Origin: Lama guanicoe
Lineage: Eukaryota
Assembly: GCA_013239625.1 (NCBI GenBank)
Contig: MU054098.1
Coordinates: forward strand, 2,357,104-2,421,103
Direction of reading: 5' to 3'
DNA: 64,000 nucleotides
Position 1 is the first letter of the stretch. Each line of letters starts with the position of its first letter. The notes under the pieces are model-generated. The model ran no database searches, was not told the origin of the DNA, and saw only the letters and a list, made by a program, of their open reading frames with translations. Shown here one piece after another: positions 26,527-39,160 of this stretch. Both the position numbers and the translations under genes were made by a program.

Positions 26527-27499
26527 CCCACTCATTATCATCATGTAGTATCCTTACCTTCTAAAATACCTCTCCTGCCCAATCGAGGGAATGGGCATGA
26601 TGGCATTTTGTTTAGCCTGCTCCAGGTGGTCTCCCCAGCGCAGTCTTAAGAGTATGGGGAAAGGGATTTCTCTGTTTTGCTGGAAGGTGGGTTATGATGC
26701 TCTAGCTTAGGAGTCTGGCCTGAAAATTAATGCATGGACTGTATAGCCATAGCACTGAGTCACCCATCAATAACTATAACAGAGGGACTAACCACATGCA
26801 GGAAGTTGAACTCAAAAAGGGAAGAGAGGTCCTCCCATGAGACAGATATTTCATTTCCAATGCCTCTGGCACTGCTTCTAAACCACTTTCAGACTTGCTA
26901 GCCCCAGGAAGAGAGAAACACACTGATATCCTATCTAATTATGAACTTTGATGAGAGAAGACAGAGAAATTGGGTTATAAAGTGTTAATAAAATTTATGA
27001 ATTTCCCACATAAAGGGAAAAATGAGGAGAGGATCCTGTGGCATATAATCTATGAGAATGATTCTCCAATGAAAATTTACTAACTCTTAGCTCTAAAAGA
27101 AAGAATTGAAATCAAGCTTTGTTAGGAAGTTTTATTCCCAGGGAGTTTTTCTAAGGATTAGGATTAGACAATGTCCTTTGGGGGAGCTGAGCCTCTTTGA
27201 TAGGCCTTTGGTAAGTGAAAAGATTGAACTGGCCTTTCCACTGGACCGAGTTGAAATTAAAATGAGAAAGATGGTTTTAAACTGACCCAGTGCCCCAAAC
27301 CTGCAAGAGTCTTTTTTTGCTCCAACTATGGTCAACTGAAGAAAAAAAAGTTTAATCAACAAATATTTACAGAGAACCCACTGTATGCCAACTACCTTTA
27401 AGCATTTCATAAACACACAAAGAAATATAGAATGGGTTACTCTCTTTAGAAGCTTACACACTAGCTGTAAAAAAAAATAAACCATGAATAGACAGTAAA

Positions 27500-27680
27500 A
27501 AGAATCAGGAATTAAGCAACTGATCAAGAAGCCAGGAGACACAGGCTCTAGTCCTGGTTCTAACATTAGCTTACTATGTGACCACGGGCAAGTCGTTTCT
27601 GCTCTATGGGCCTCGGTTTCTCCACATGTAAGCTGAAGAGGTTGGACTAGATCCTTAAGGGCCTTTCTTACTCAGACATT
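27500..27680 (+). mobile_element. MIR/MIR3 SINE remnant
   Basis: ctagtcctggttctaacattagcttactatgtgaccacgggcaagtc...cctcggtttctccacatgtaa...gttggactagat. Confidence 0.7.
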
Positions 27681-28239
27681 TACTTAAAAATAACAAGTGG
27701 GTATATGAAAGTGGGGAGAAGATAATTGAACATCCCATGCTAACGAGGGTTTAGTTTTTTCTGAAGATAAGTTTCTTGTCTATTCCAAAGGCACAAGGTA
27801 TCTTCCCAAAGCTTTGGAATCGCTCGAAGCTAAGGTTCATAAACATCCAATCCCAGGGCTAGATAACACTTCCTCTCCAGGGATCCGTAAATGCAGCCAG
27901 GAAAGTTGATGACTCATTCTAAGACCTCCTCAGGAAAACTGTAAAGGGCAACTCCAAAGTCAGCTTCAAAGTTTCCAGACTCTCCTTTCTCATCATCTGC
28001 TGTCCAAATGTAGGAGGACTGGATGAAGATTTCTATCAGGGCCATTAATCTGGCAAAGAGCCCAGTATCTGCCTGAGAATGAAGGTAGTATTTGGTGCAT
28101 ATGAATAAAGCTGGTAAATTGGTATCCTTTTGTAATATTGCTGAGGGAACAATGCCAACTTCAAAACAAAAAGGCCATAGGTAGACTAGAGATGAGGAGA
28201 AGACAACAGAATGGGAAACGGGGATGGTCTATTACAGAG

Positions 28240-28470
28240 ATTATGAGCACAGAGTTTGGAGCCATTCAGTCCTAGGCTCAACTCTAACTCTAGCACTTTG
28301 AGCAAAATGTTTAACCTTTTTTGAGCCTCGGTTATTTCATATTTAAAATAAAGATAATAACAATTCTGACTATACAAGAATTATTTTGAATATTAAATAA
28401 GATATTGTGTATAAGGTTACACATGTGTCTGACACCTAGTACAGGCTCAGTAAATGGTAAATGCTGTCAT
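28240..28470 (+). mobile_element. MIR SINE remnant
   Basis: tttggagcca...ttaacctttttgagcctcggtt...gacacctagtacaggctcagtaaatgg. Confidence 0.7.
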
Positions 28471-29154
28471 CATCATCATGATCATCATTGGTTTTTCTCT
28501 ATACTGGCAGTAAAAACATCCCTAAATCATTAACATACCAAATAACCTACCAAAGGTCACTGACATTAAGTGCTAAAAAGTTATCAATGGCTCATTATTT
28601 CCTACAGTTTCAAATCCAAACTCCTTTGTTTGGCGCTTAATGCCCTCCACAATTTGACCTCAGCTGGCCTCTCCTCCTTCTTTAGTCTTTGAAGCCATTT
28701 ACTTGCAAGTCCAGACCTGCTTGATTACCCAACAAATCCTAACCATGGTTGGAAGTGTATTGGGAGCTTTATCTCCTCCAGTAGGCCGAACTGGCCTTAG
28801 TTGTTTCACCCCATGTATGGTATCCCATGAGCCTAGAGTGACCCTTGGACTCACGTTCCTATGATATGTCCGCTCATTACCTCATCATGATTTAGTCTAG
28901 AAGACTGAGCTTCTTCCTCAGTTTCCGGGTAAGAGCAAAGGCTACTTTGTCTGTCTGCCTAGACCTAATCAGTTTCTTCTCTGGAAGCTGGTTCTGTATC
29001 ATGGCACACTCAGCTATAGTTGGGGTCTTACTACCATAATTGAGAACCAGGATGCTACCCTAGACCAGGTTTTGAGCATTATCACCTAGACCCTGTTGCT
29101 CTCAGGTCTCACAAACCTCAGTATATTCATTTGAGTATTATATTGGACTGATCG

Positions 29155-29650
29155 TGTTTCAGTAAGGGTTACAGAAGGAAACATAAGGTAAATCCAGAAG
29201 GGTAATTGAGAAGAGTTTAATGAAGGTGCTATTTAAATGGTGTGGGAAAGGTTAAGAGAAACCAACAAAGAATGGTGAGGCACCCTAAAGTTAGCAATAG
29301 CAGTGGCGCTTTTACCACCTCTGGGCTTAAAGGGACAAGTAAAGGGAGCAGTTACTAGAACTTAGAGAGACCTACAGCTGTGACTGTAGATTAGACCACT
29401 CTCCAACAAAGTGTGGTCTTTGAGGAAGGAATTCAGCCACTGACATCAATATCAACCCTGAGGAATAAATATCTTGATCTCCATCCCCTCCCATCTTCTG
29501 TTGCTGTTTTCCATTGGCTGAACTCAACTGAGAAGTCAAAAGGCAAAATAATCTAGCTGATACACCCATAAAGGTTGGCCTCCTTGGGCAAAGAGTGGAG
29601 TGCAGAGGGTAAGAACTGTATCTAGAGGAACAAATGGAAAATATTCTGCT
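29155..29650 (-). mobile_element. Ancient LTR (ERVL/MaLR class, family uncertain)
   Basis: gggtaattgagaagagtttaatgaagg...gaaaccaacaaag...ccattggctgaactcaactgagaagtca, which resembles antisense ancient LTR consensus sequences. Confidence 0.55.
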
Positions 29651-30097
29651 TAGGTGGATTACACTAATATGCAGACCAGTTCTGCTAACACTGCCCTCCC
29701 CTATTCAAACTTCTTTGTGCTACTGAGGTTCCTGCCACCTCAACCTCCAATTCCCTATCCCTTGAATGCAAGTTATACCAGAGACCAGACCTTATACATC
29801 TATTTATATTTGCCCATAACATCATAATATTTGCTGATAGATTGTTTTGCAAACTGTTACAGTTTCTCCAAATTGTTTTCTTCCAGTCTGCCTTTCTATT
29901 CATTCAACAAATATTTTATGAGTTCCCATCATACATCCGTCCTATGTAGTAGGATACAATGGTACACAAAAACATACACATTCTCTACTCTCATGGCACT
30001 TGCAATCTAGTTGAAGAGAAAAACACTAATCAAAGAACCACTCTAGTGAGTACAAGAGCTAATGTCTAGTTAGTGCTTGTGATATGTCAGGCACTGC

Positions 30098-30705
30098 ATG
30101 GTGGCTTTGTATTATGTCAAATTAGTTATAATCCAGAGCTATGCTTTCCAGAATTACATCCCTGTGTGGTTCCAATTTAGGGTTAGTCGTGAAAAGAATC
30201 TGCACATAACTTTTGAAAGGTGAAAGTGAAGATGCAAACATTTTTAAAACTCTGAAGGTCACTGTGGGACCAGGTACTGTTTTAGTTCACAATCATAGTT
30301 GGCTAATCTACTGTCCTACCTCATTGGCATGGAACAGGAAGCAGACCTGTAGCTCCTCCAGCTCCACAGGATGTCCTCCTTCAGCTCCTCTGGCTTCTAG
30401 ACCAGGTACATGTGCAGCTCCGTGGTGTAGAGTACCAGCTTCTCCTGCAGGCCACTCATATCACCAAGGCTGGAGGTGGTGAAAGACAGGCATAGGTTCT
30501 AGATTGTCCTTGTGGGATCAATTATGTCCTCTTATGTTCCAATTTGTCTTTGTTCCCCCACTTTCTCTGGTGACTTTAGGCTCAACATCAAATGCTGAAA
30601 TGAGCCTTAAGGAAATACTTAGCTCTCATAATGGTCTCTTATAACAAAATCCCTTATTCTCTATCACCTCTAGTGATTCTGCTTCTCTGATTGAACTTTC
30701 ATTGA
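30098..30705. mobile_element. Ancient ERVL-type solo LTR inserted in a MIR
   Basis: Begins ggtggctttgtattatgtcaa...ctatgctttccagaat and ends tgcttctctgattgaac. MIR sequence resumes on both sides (caggcactg before; gatgagg...ttgcccaaagtca after). Confidence 0.55.
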
Positions 30706-33700
30706 GACTGAGATGAGTACCACTCTTATCCCTATCATAAAGATGAGGATACTTACTAAAACACAGGGAAATTAAGCATCTTGCCCAAAGTCAAACAATT
30801 AACAAATGGGAAAGCCCAGCTTTGAACCCAAGCAGTTTGGCTTTAGAGTGTGTACGATTAACCACCATGTGATCTACCTCTCAAACCTCAGTTTGAAATT
30901 ATGCACACAGAGGTAAATAAGTACTGTGAGAAAAATAACACAATTCTATGACAGCACGTAACAGAGGTGCCTGAATGAGATTATGTAAATATCCCTGTTT
31001 GCTTATCAATCCAAGCTACCCATCTGCTGAGAAAAAATATATATTGTTAACAAAACAGCTGATGCAGAAGGAAAGGCCTAACCTGACTAAATCTGGGCAA
31101 AGGTGAAGAAAAGACAGGAGTGCTTCCCTTCTCTACACACCACTGTTGGGATAGAGTGGTTGTCTACTGCACAACAGAGAAACTAGCCTACCAGGAGCAT
31201 AACCATGCAGAAGATGTTTGCAGTGCTGAACACCGATGAGAGGATAGTACCAAGTGCGTTAGATCAGGAATCAAGGGAACTAACTACCTGATAATCGTAG
31301 CTCTACCACTGATTTGTTTTATAACTCTGTGCATGTGACTATCCTGCTCTGAGCCTCAGTTTCCCCTTTCTAAGATGGTATGGTTGGACTGTATAATCTC
31401 TAAGATTTCTTCTAGTTCTAGGAGTCTATAACCACTGGCCTATGAAATTAGAGTCTGTCCAGGTTTTCAGCTCAGTTAAGAAAGCACTTGGGTAATGAGC
31501 ATGGGATTCCTGGATGATTATTTGCAGACTCTTAATAGAAAACAAGACTAACTAACATTTAGGTAGTTTTGCTGGATCTCCTGAAGAGAAAGAAGGAATG
31601 ACTGATAAATCAGTCTTGCAGTCACTGGCTATAGGCTATAAGCCATTTCTCTCATCAAGATCTCAAATGAATTCTTGTGTTGCAATAAAAAGATGAACAC
31701 ATTTATTCTGGAAAGGTGATCTCTTCATCCAAAAAGTCTCCAGGGAAACTTTTATCAAATAACTGAATGTGAAAGGAAAGCATGATTCAAGGAAACCACA
31801 TGACCTTCTGCCCAGAGAATGATGAATACTTTCTGCCTTGGCCAGGAAGGAAAACATGAACTAGAATTGATTTGCTCTTTTCTCTTGGGAGAAAGTGGGA
31901 GTAAGGGCATTAGAAATTCCATTTTGAAGAGTCTGGATTCAAATCTTTGTGTTTTCTTCATATGTGGGAGTCAAGAAAGATAAAATACTTGTCCTGTTCA
32001 GTTATGTTTGTTGTTCTGCAATTTGAACTGAATACATTTTTTTCTAATTAAATTTTAAAATGATAGAGTTTTAAGTAAACAAGCAGTTCAAGTACCAGGG
32101 CAAAGGTTATAATTTAAACAGCCATTTCTCAAATGAAGAAAGAGAGATAACAGCTACAGATTTAACATTATGCTCTAAAGCAGCTGAATTGGGTAACTGA
32201 AAAACTAGGGGAAGAAATTCTTCCTCTTATCTGTAAAGAGAATGAGGTGATTAAGAGATTGGTCTTAGGTCCATGAATACCAAGGGCCTGAAATTATGTG
32301 GACGCAATGAGATCACAGTGTTTTGACCTACAAGTCCATAAGGTACATTAACTAGTTCTTTAAGTGAGAGAAATGAACTGACCTCATTTAATTAGCATGG
32401 AATGGTTTTTAAGATAAAAAAAAGAGGTTTAATTAACTGCTTGTAAATGGTCCTATTTCAAGATGCAAAATCCACAGTGGGAATTTATGTTTGGAGAAAA
32501 AAATCTACCTCATATCACAGGAAGCCATTTTTTTTTATCTTTTTGCTTCCAGTTTTTCCTTTTGTTGTGTCATTTGTTCAATTCATTCACTCACACATTC
32601 AAGTATCTACCAAGCACAGATTTCACATCAAGTACTGTGTTAGGTATTCTCACATCTCTTTGTTTTTTAAGAATTGTGTTTAGATGTTAAGTCTCCAGGG
32701 CTGAGACTTCAATTCCAATTTTAAGATTTTCCACTTTGTTTTGGAATCTCCTCCATTTCTGATTTTACTCCAACCCACCCATTTAATCCAAGCTGTAGGC
32801 TATCAGGAAAGAAGGAATGTTTCCAAATGTTTTCCCCCCAAAAAGAGACATTTTAATGACCATATATAGAACTCTATCCCATCTTCAATCAGAGGCAAGA
32901 TATGCCCCTCTTCTTTAGACTCCTCTACGATTCTGATCAATACCTGTGGACTGAAGTTCGCTGCATCCAACAAAGAATAAACCAAAATAACGAGCCATGT
33001 TTCTGCCCTAGCGTTAGCATTTGTCTTTAGCATCTCTTGTTCACTAGTGCTGGTTTGCTGCTACATTGGATTTTCCAGCCTCTAAATTATGCTCATCTAG
33101 TTCCGGGATGGCACCCCCACCTCTCATCATCACTATTCCCTTACACTGCTTTTTAAAACTTTCATAGCACTTACTACTTCTTAACACATTTAAAGTTTGT
33201 TTGATTACAATCTATATAAGCTCTATGAAGATAGTGAATTTTGTCTATTTTCCCTCAGTGCCTAGAATAGTGACTGGTTCATAGTTGAACACCCAAAAAT
33301 GTGTTTAATTAACCAATGAATGAGTGATACCTGCCTGGTCCTTTTCAACTTATCTGACTCTTTGGGCTTCAATCTCCATGTCTCAGATCTTCTGCATCAA
33401 TCTAATTTTCCTGTTCCTAGGGCATCAATCCTTTGCTTGCCCTACCTGACATATATATGGTGAGCTGGACCTACATTTAACCCAGGGAAGAAAATAGCTA
33501 AATCAAAGCATTTTTGCATATAAAAGAGACTAACCATAAAACTACTCATTTATTCATTTTTCCTTAAAGTTATTTTTTATGTTACTGTATATGTGGGTAC
33601 TTAAAATGCTTTTGACCAAAACATATGAAGCAGAAACATAACTACCTACCACAGCTCCCCTGTAGGTCCTCATATTTTATCCAGGCTCTGTTTAGCTTTC

Positions 33701-34309
33701 CTTGATTTAAACTCCTCCTAGGCAACATTTTCATTTTAATAGGGAAAGCTTTAATGCCCTAGGCCTAGGTCACACGAGTGAAGAACTCTGGGCCGAATTC
33801 ATTAGAGGGCAACAGAAACTGGGGAACTTTTTAGCCTCCTGTCACTCTATCTGGGCCCCTCTTCCACTAGCTTACTCGGTAGGCAATCCTCGAAAAAGAG
33901 TTTAGAAAACACTGAATTCTGGGAATCTGTTCCTTAAGGAGGGATCAATCCCCAACCACTTTTTTCTTTGCCAGCTAACTGTTATAGCTATGTCCACTAG
34001 GTCAAGAACTCAAAAGGATTCTTTTTTCTATTGACAATTCAAGAGACTCTTCACACTCTTTTGCTCCCACTATGTTAAAGATCTATTTTCAAAGAGGTAT
34101 GTAGCCAGAAGAGAGAAATATGATAGCATTGTATTCCCATCTAGTCCGGAACTGTCCTTGGTGTGTGTTATGTCACAGGGAAGCAATGTGGGAGTTGGGG
34201 TTGGGTGGGGGGAGTTGCACTTTGCACATGCTGTCACAGATGAGATTGTCATGATATATAGCAATAAAGTATGAGGGGTGAGGGTAAGAGATCAGTTAGG
34301 CAGGCAGTT

Positions 34310-34565
34310 TTTAAAAAAATAAACTATGTATTTTGGACTAATTTGAGATTCACAGAAAAGTTGCAGAGACAGTACAGGAAGTTCCCATATATTCTTCACT
34401 CGGTTTCCCCTAATGTCGGTATCTTATATAATCAAAGTACATTTGTCAAAGGTGAAAAATTAACATTCTGTATTCCAATTAACTAAACTACTGGATTTCA
34501 CCAGTTTTTTCACTAATGTCCTTTTACTGTTTCAGGGTCCAATCTGGGATCACACATGTCATTTA
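34310..34565 (-). mobile_element. Old L1 (L1MB/L1MC) 3' fragment
   Basis: aatttgagattcacagaaaagttgcagagacagtacagg...gtttcccctaatgt...aactaaactac. Confidence 0.75.
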
Positions 34566-35117
34566 ACAGATGGATTTCTGGTACAACCTGAGGAGATCTA
34601 ATCAGGAGGCCACACCTAGGCCAAGCTCATTAAGAGAAAGCTGCTCACTCAGGGCTCTTTTTTTCTTACTGCAAATCCTGGTTAGTCTGCACTGCACGGT
34701 GCAGTCAATGGGAGCTTGGCTAAACAGGAAAATCAAAAAGGACATTGCAAGGGGAAGAACATCTTTCAGATAATGTTAAAGCATGAAGGAAAAGAAAGAC
34801 ACCACCACCAGGTGCCAAGTAGAGATTAGGTGGACAAAAAGGAATCTGATGACCATTTTCCCAGAGACTCCAAAGTTACTAATCAGAGTTTCTGAAAATG
34901 CAGCAAGGAGAATAAATCACCAAGAATTCAGTAGGACTCCATGATGAACACAATGGCAGAGGCCTGCTCAGGCATGAACTTGCATTATGGTCAAGCATTC
35001 AGGCTGACACACTGAATGAATTCCCTGCCTCCAACCCTATTAAGAATGGCAAACCTGTATTATCAAGTAGCATGTTAGGGTTACTAAATCAAAGTGTGCC
35101 AAACACATGGAATATTC

Positions 35118-35330
35118 TAGACATTGCAAACTACAGCCCTGCAGGCCAAATCTGTTGCCTTTTTCTGTTAAATAAAGTTTTATTGGAACACCTAGCTACT
35201 TCCATTTGTTTAAGTATGGTCTGTAGTTGCTTTTGGACTACAAAGACAGAGTTGTTTAGTCATGACAGAGAATCTTTGGCCCACAAAGCCTAAAATATTT
35301 TCTATCTGGCCCTTTATAGAAAAAGTGATT
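35118..35330. mobile_element. MER58A-like hAT-Charlie MITE
   Basis: gcaaactacagccctgcaggccaaatctg...aaataaagttttattggaacac...ggcccacaaagcctaaaatatt...ctggccctttatagaaaaagt. Confidence 0.85.
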
Positions 35331-37409
35331 GGAGCACCACACTCTTAACCATTACACTAGACAGCCTTCCAGATTCTCTATAATTCTCCACCATCACTTG
35401 TTCCTAAAAGTGAAACACTGGAAAAGCAATAGACTTTTAAAAATTATTTTTGGATCAGGTGCTTTCCTAGAATACCTGATGTGATCGCCTGATGTTTCTG
35501 TAGGGGCAGTAGGGATTTCTCAGGCTCACTTCCTGTTCTGGCAGCACCTGTTACCTACTCACTCTTCTTTCTTGGAGCCAAAACACTGTCACCAGCAATC
35601 TAATTACAGTCTGTAGGCCAATTGTTATCTGATAGAACATCTGCCAGAAGCCACAAGGAAGTTGGAACCAGGAGAGGTCAAAAGAGATATAACTAGGAGA
35701 GTGATGTGAGGAGAGTTGGGGAGAATGCTGTTAACTAGCAGTGTTTCCTAGTCAGTCTACCCCAGCTCTCTGGTATACTGCAGATGAGTTACAGGTTGGC
35801 CTATGTATTGATGATATATTGACCCCTCAGCGTCAAGGTCCCAGCTGAATGCCTCTGGGAGCTATAACTCTCATCTTTTTATACCAGGGTTCTATAGAAA
35901 TATTTTCTACTTATGCCACAGCCATTGCAGGCGTTCGGAAAGCACTGACCTTGAAGATGATAAAGCTGACATTCTGACCACCAAAGATTTTATGTCCGAA
36001 ACCCAGTGTGCAACCCCTTCTTCTCTCCTGGTCTGCTATCAAAGATTCAGGATGCCTTTCAGGAGACTTGGGAGAGTACGGTATGAGAGGAAGTGTGGAG
36101 GAGAAGCAGAGTGAACCCAGAGTGAATGGAACTGATGGCATTCAAGGTAAACTGGAGTCTGGCCTTTTAGAACAATTCCAACTCTCTTGATAAATCTTTT
36201 GCTTAGCATACAAGATAGATGCACAAACAGAAATATGCTTACTGGCAAACAGGTGAACCTTTCTCCAGTACTTGTGTCAGTCAGATCAGCCCTAATTAGA
36301 TATGAACAAATATCTTGGGGATTCCCCAAATACAAATGAAGTGATGGAGAAATAAATACATACAGAAAAAGGGAAACAGTCTTGGAAGGCTATATACCAA
36401 AATGTTGACAGTGGGGTTTTTTCTTCATTTCTTTAGGCCTTTCCGTATATTCTCATTTATTTTAAAATTGTGTATGCATTTTTCCTACAATGAAAAAATA
36501 ATAGCAATAAAGCTATTTTCATTTTGGAAAATTCTACTACAACAAATAAAGTAGTTTATGATCATGGATATATCCAAACCTCACTTAAACTCAGTTTCCC
36601 TATAAAACAAGGATAACCAGTGTGCTACAGGTTATTATAATGATCAAAAGAAAAAGTAGCAGACGTAGCAGACATTCAATAAATATTCTTTAAAAATCAA
36701 ACAAGCATTCTAAAAGGAGGGTGTCAGTGATATAAACATGAGGTGGTTTCTGCAAAAAAACCAAAAAACCAAAAAACAACAAAAACAACAGCAAACAGAC
36801 ACCTTTAAATTCAGGGTCAGACTGCTTAGCTATTATGCCTCTAGAGGTCAGGAAAAAGCAACAGATGAAGCCAATTAAGTAGAATGAGGAACCTTATTCC
36901 CAAGGAGGAAACTTATCCAAACTCTAACAAACTCTGCTGTGCCACTGTTCACTCCTATCTTGCTTTAAGTCTCCTATTTTTCCTGTCCCTGGGATCTCAG
37001 AGATTTAATAAACCTAACAGCGTCCCAAAGCATGTCACTGGAAGATACATCTTATTAGACATAAATCTAACAATGGAAATCTGCCCTTTTTGTCACTGAC
37101 CATAATGATCTGTCACTTTCTAAGTGGACACATGATTCGGCTCAAGCCAGTCTGACCTATTGCACCTGCAAACTCATTGTCTGTGATATATTTTTTTTTT
37201 GCTTTAAAGGAAGCTTTTGTCTCATCTCATTGCTTCCTGTCAGGTACCCATAGATAAGAGGCTTTCAATGCGTTTAACTTTAAAACAGAAGAAATCAAGT
37301 AAGAGAACAGAGTAGGGAATACCTGCCAAGACAAAAGCAGAAGATGGGCCGCCGTGGCAGAAGGGGAATGGACACAGAAAATCATCCTAAGCCAAAAAAC
37401 ATAATCAAA

Positions 37410-37620
37410 ATTACTTACGTAGCACTGTGCATCAGCCCTGTCCTTAATACTTCGCATATATCAACTCATTTAATCTTTACACAACCTCACTGAGGTAGGT
37501 ACTTTTACTATCCCTTTTTACAGATAAAGTGAAGCACACACTCACTCAGGTAGCTCAGCTAGTAAGTGGTAGAACCAGCCTGACTCCTGGGTCTTTGCTT
37601 GTAAACATAGTACCATCTTG
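37410..37620 (-). mobile_element. MIR SINE remnant
   Basis: actcatttaatctttacacaacc...gaggtaggtact...ttttacagat...cagctagtaagtggtagaacc. Confidence 0.7.
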
Positions 37621-38985
37621 TCCCTCTAGGAAACACAGCACTTTCAATTACGGCTGCAATGAATCCAAGTAAAAGAGAAACCAGCTAAGTGTTCCTTCTC
37701 AGGTTCTCCAGGCAGTTTTTTTCTTCAGACATCCATCTTTATCCCTACTTACTCACCTCCTCTACCCTGCAGTCATGGTCACCCTGATACTTGAGATCTT
37801 CAAAAAGGCACTTAGCTGGATGTTGTCTTCAGCAGGTCCTGAAAATGAATCCCTTACCCCTTCCCTGCCTTTTCATTCATCTGAGCTCACTGGAATTTGT
37901 CCCCTTGGTAGTTGCCAAGGTACAAAAAAATGGTCATCTACTGCACAATGACCACTCTCCTTCCTCCTGCCAAGTCAGGTCATTCAAGAACATGGTCTTT
38001 TATAAGAAGTGAGAAATGGAACTGAAAAAAATTAAATACCTAAAGAACATACTGTGCCCCGTCTTTATATTCCCAATTAGTGAACCCAGCAGCTACACTG
38101 GCACTTGGAATGTTTTTGTTGGACAGAGCCTCTGAAAGAGATTGCTGAATAATATGGGTCTGTAAGCCATTACTAATCACACTTTTGTCAAGAACACTAT
38201 TATTAATTACTCTTTAGAGCTTTTAAGAAAGGGCTGATCCTTTGGATGGAGGAGATTTCAACAAGTCAATTAGTCTTCAGGTTGCAAATAGGCTTAATCT
38301 CTGTCCTCCTGAAGAGTGCTGTATTTTTCTGTATGAATTGATTTTAATGAACATATGTTCCATTTCTAAAGAATATGTTCTCCACTAATGGCATTTGAGT
38401 AGAAAGCAAAAGCTACAATGCTGGCTGGGAAGGAAACCTTAGGTGGCCCCTGATAACACACATGCAGGACCCAGCCATCTTAGGGCTGGAACAGCATCTA
38501 AAGGCCAAGAAAGTAAATAGTTACAGTGACAGCTCATTCAGACTTCTCTGCAAGGCCTTTCTTGGTTGTTACTAACTGTGGAGAAGGAGCGATATCAACA
38601 TAAAGCCAAAATAATGAAAAGTACAGAAAATAGAGTCAACAATATTAAAAATAAAATAGATTTAAGCCAGTGAGCTCTGTCTGCAGGAAATAAGACTTCA
38701 AACTGGTCTTGGCCCAGCAGGATACAGATGATTCAAGCTGATTGGATTCAATCAATCTAATTCCACAAGGATTTGCTGAGGACCTACTGTGTGCCTAGCA
38801 CTGTATTCAGAGCCCGGGCAAGAGGGAAGAGTGGAGGTGGATCTGGAGGGAAGATTTAAAAATAAGAAATCAGAAGCCCTTCCCTCCAGTGGATGGACCA
38901 CTTAGTTGGGGAGACAAGACTCATTGGCAGGAGACAGGATAGTTCACCCAATCTATAAACAAGTGTTGGATAAGATTGGTCCAGG

Positions 38986-39160
38986 TGCCATATTTTCTCA
39001 AGATACCTCTGTATTTCTTTTGGCATTTTAATGGCTCTGAAAATGAAAGCTGTCTTACAGCTGCTGTGTACATTTCATGTAGTGCTTCACTGTTTCATTT
39101 TATTTCCTGAAAAGTTGTTTTTAAAAATCAATGGTGCATCTTGGAATGATGGAAATATAC
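38986..39160. mobile_element. Small DNA-transposon-derived MITE (family uncertain)
   Basis: Degenerate inverted termini (ccatattttctcaagatac... / ...gtgcatcttggaatgatggaaatat) with internal gtcttaca. Confidence 0.45.

Noticed and set aside
27132..27566. 144-aa minus-strand ORF
   Set aside because: Overlaps L2/MIR remnants, has low-complexity hydrophobic composition and no recognisable domain.
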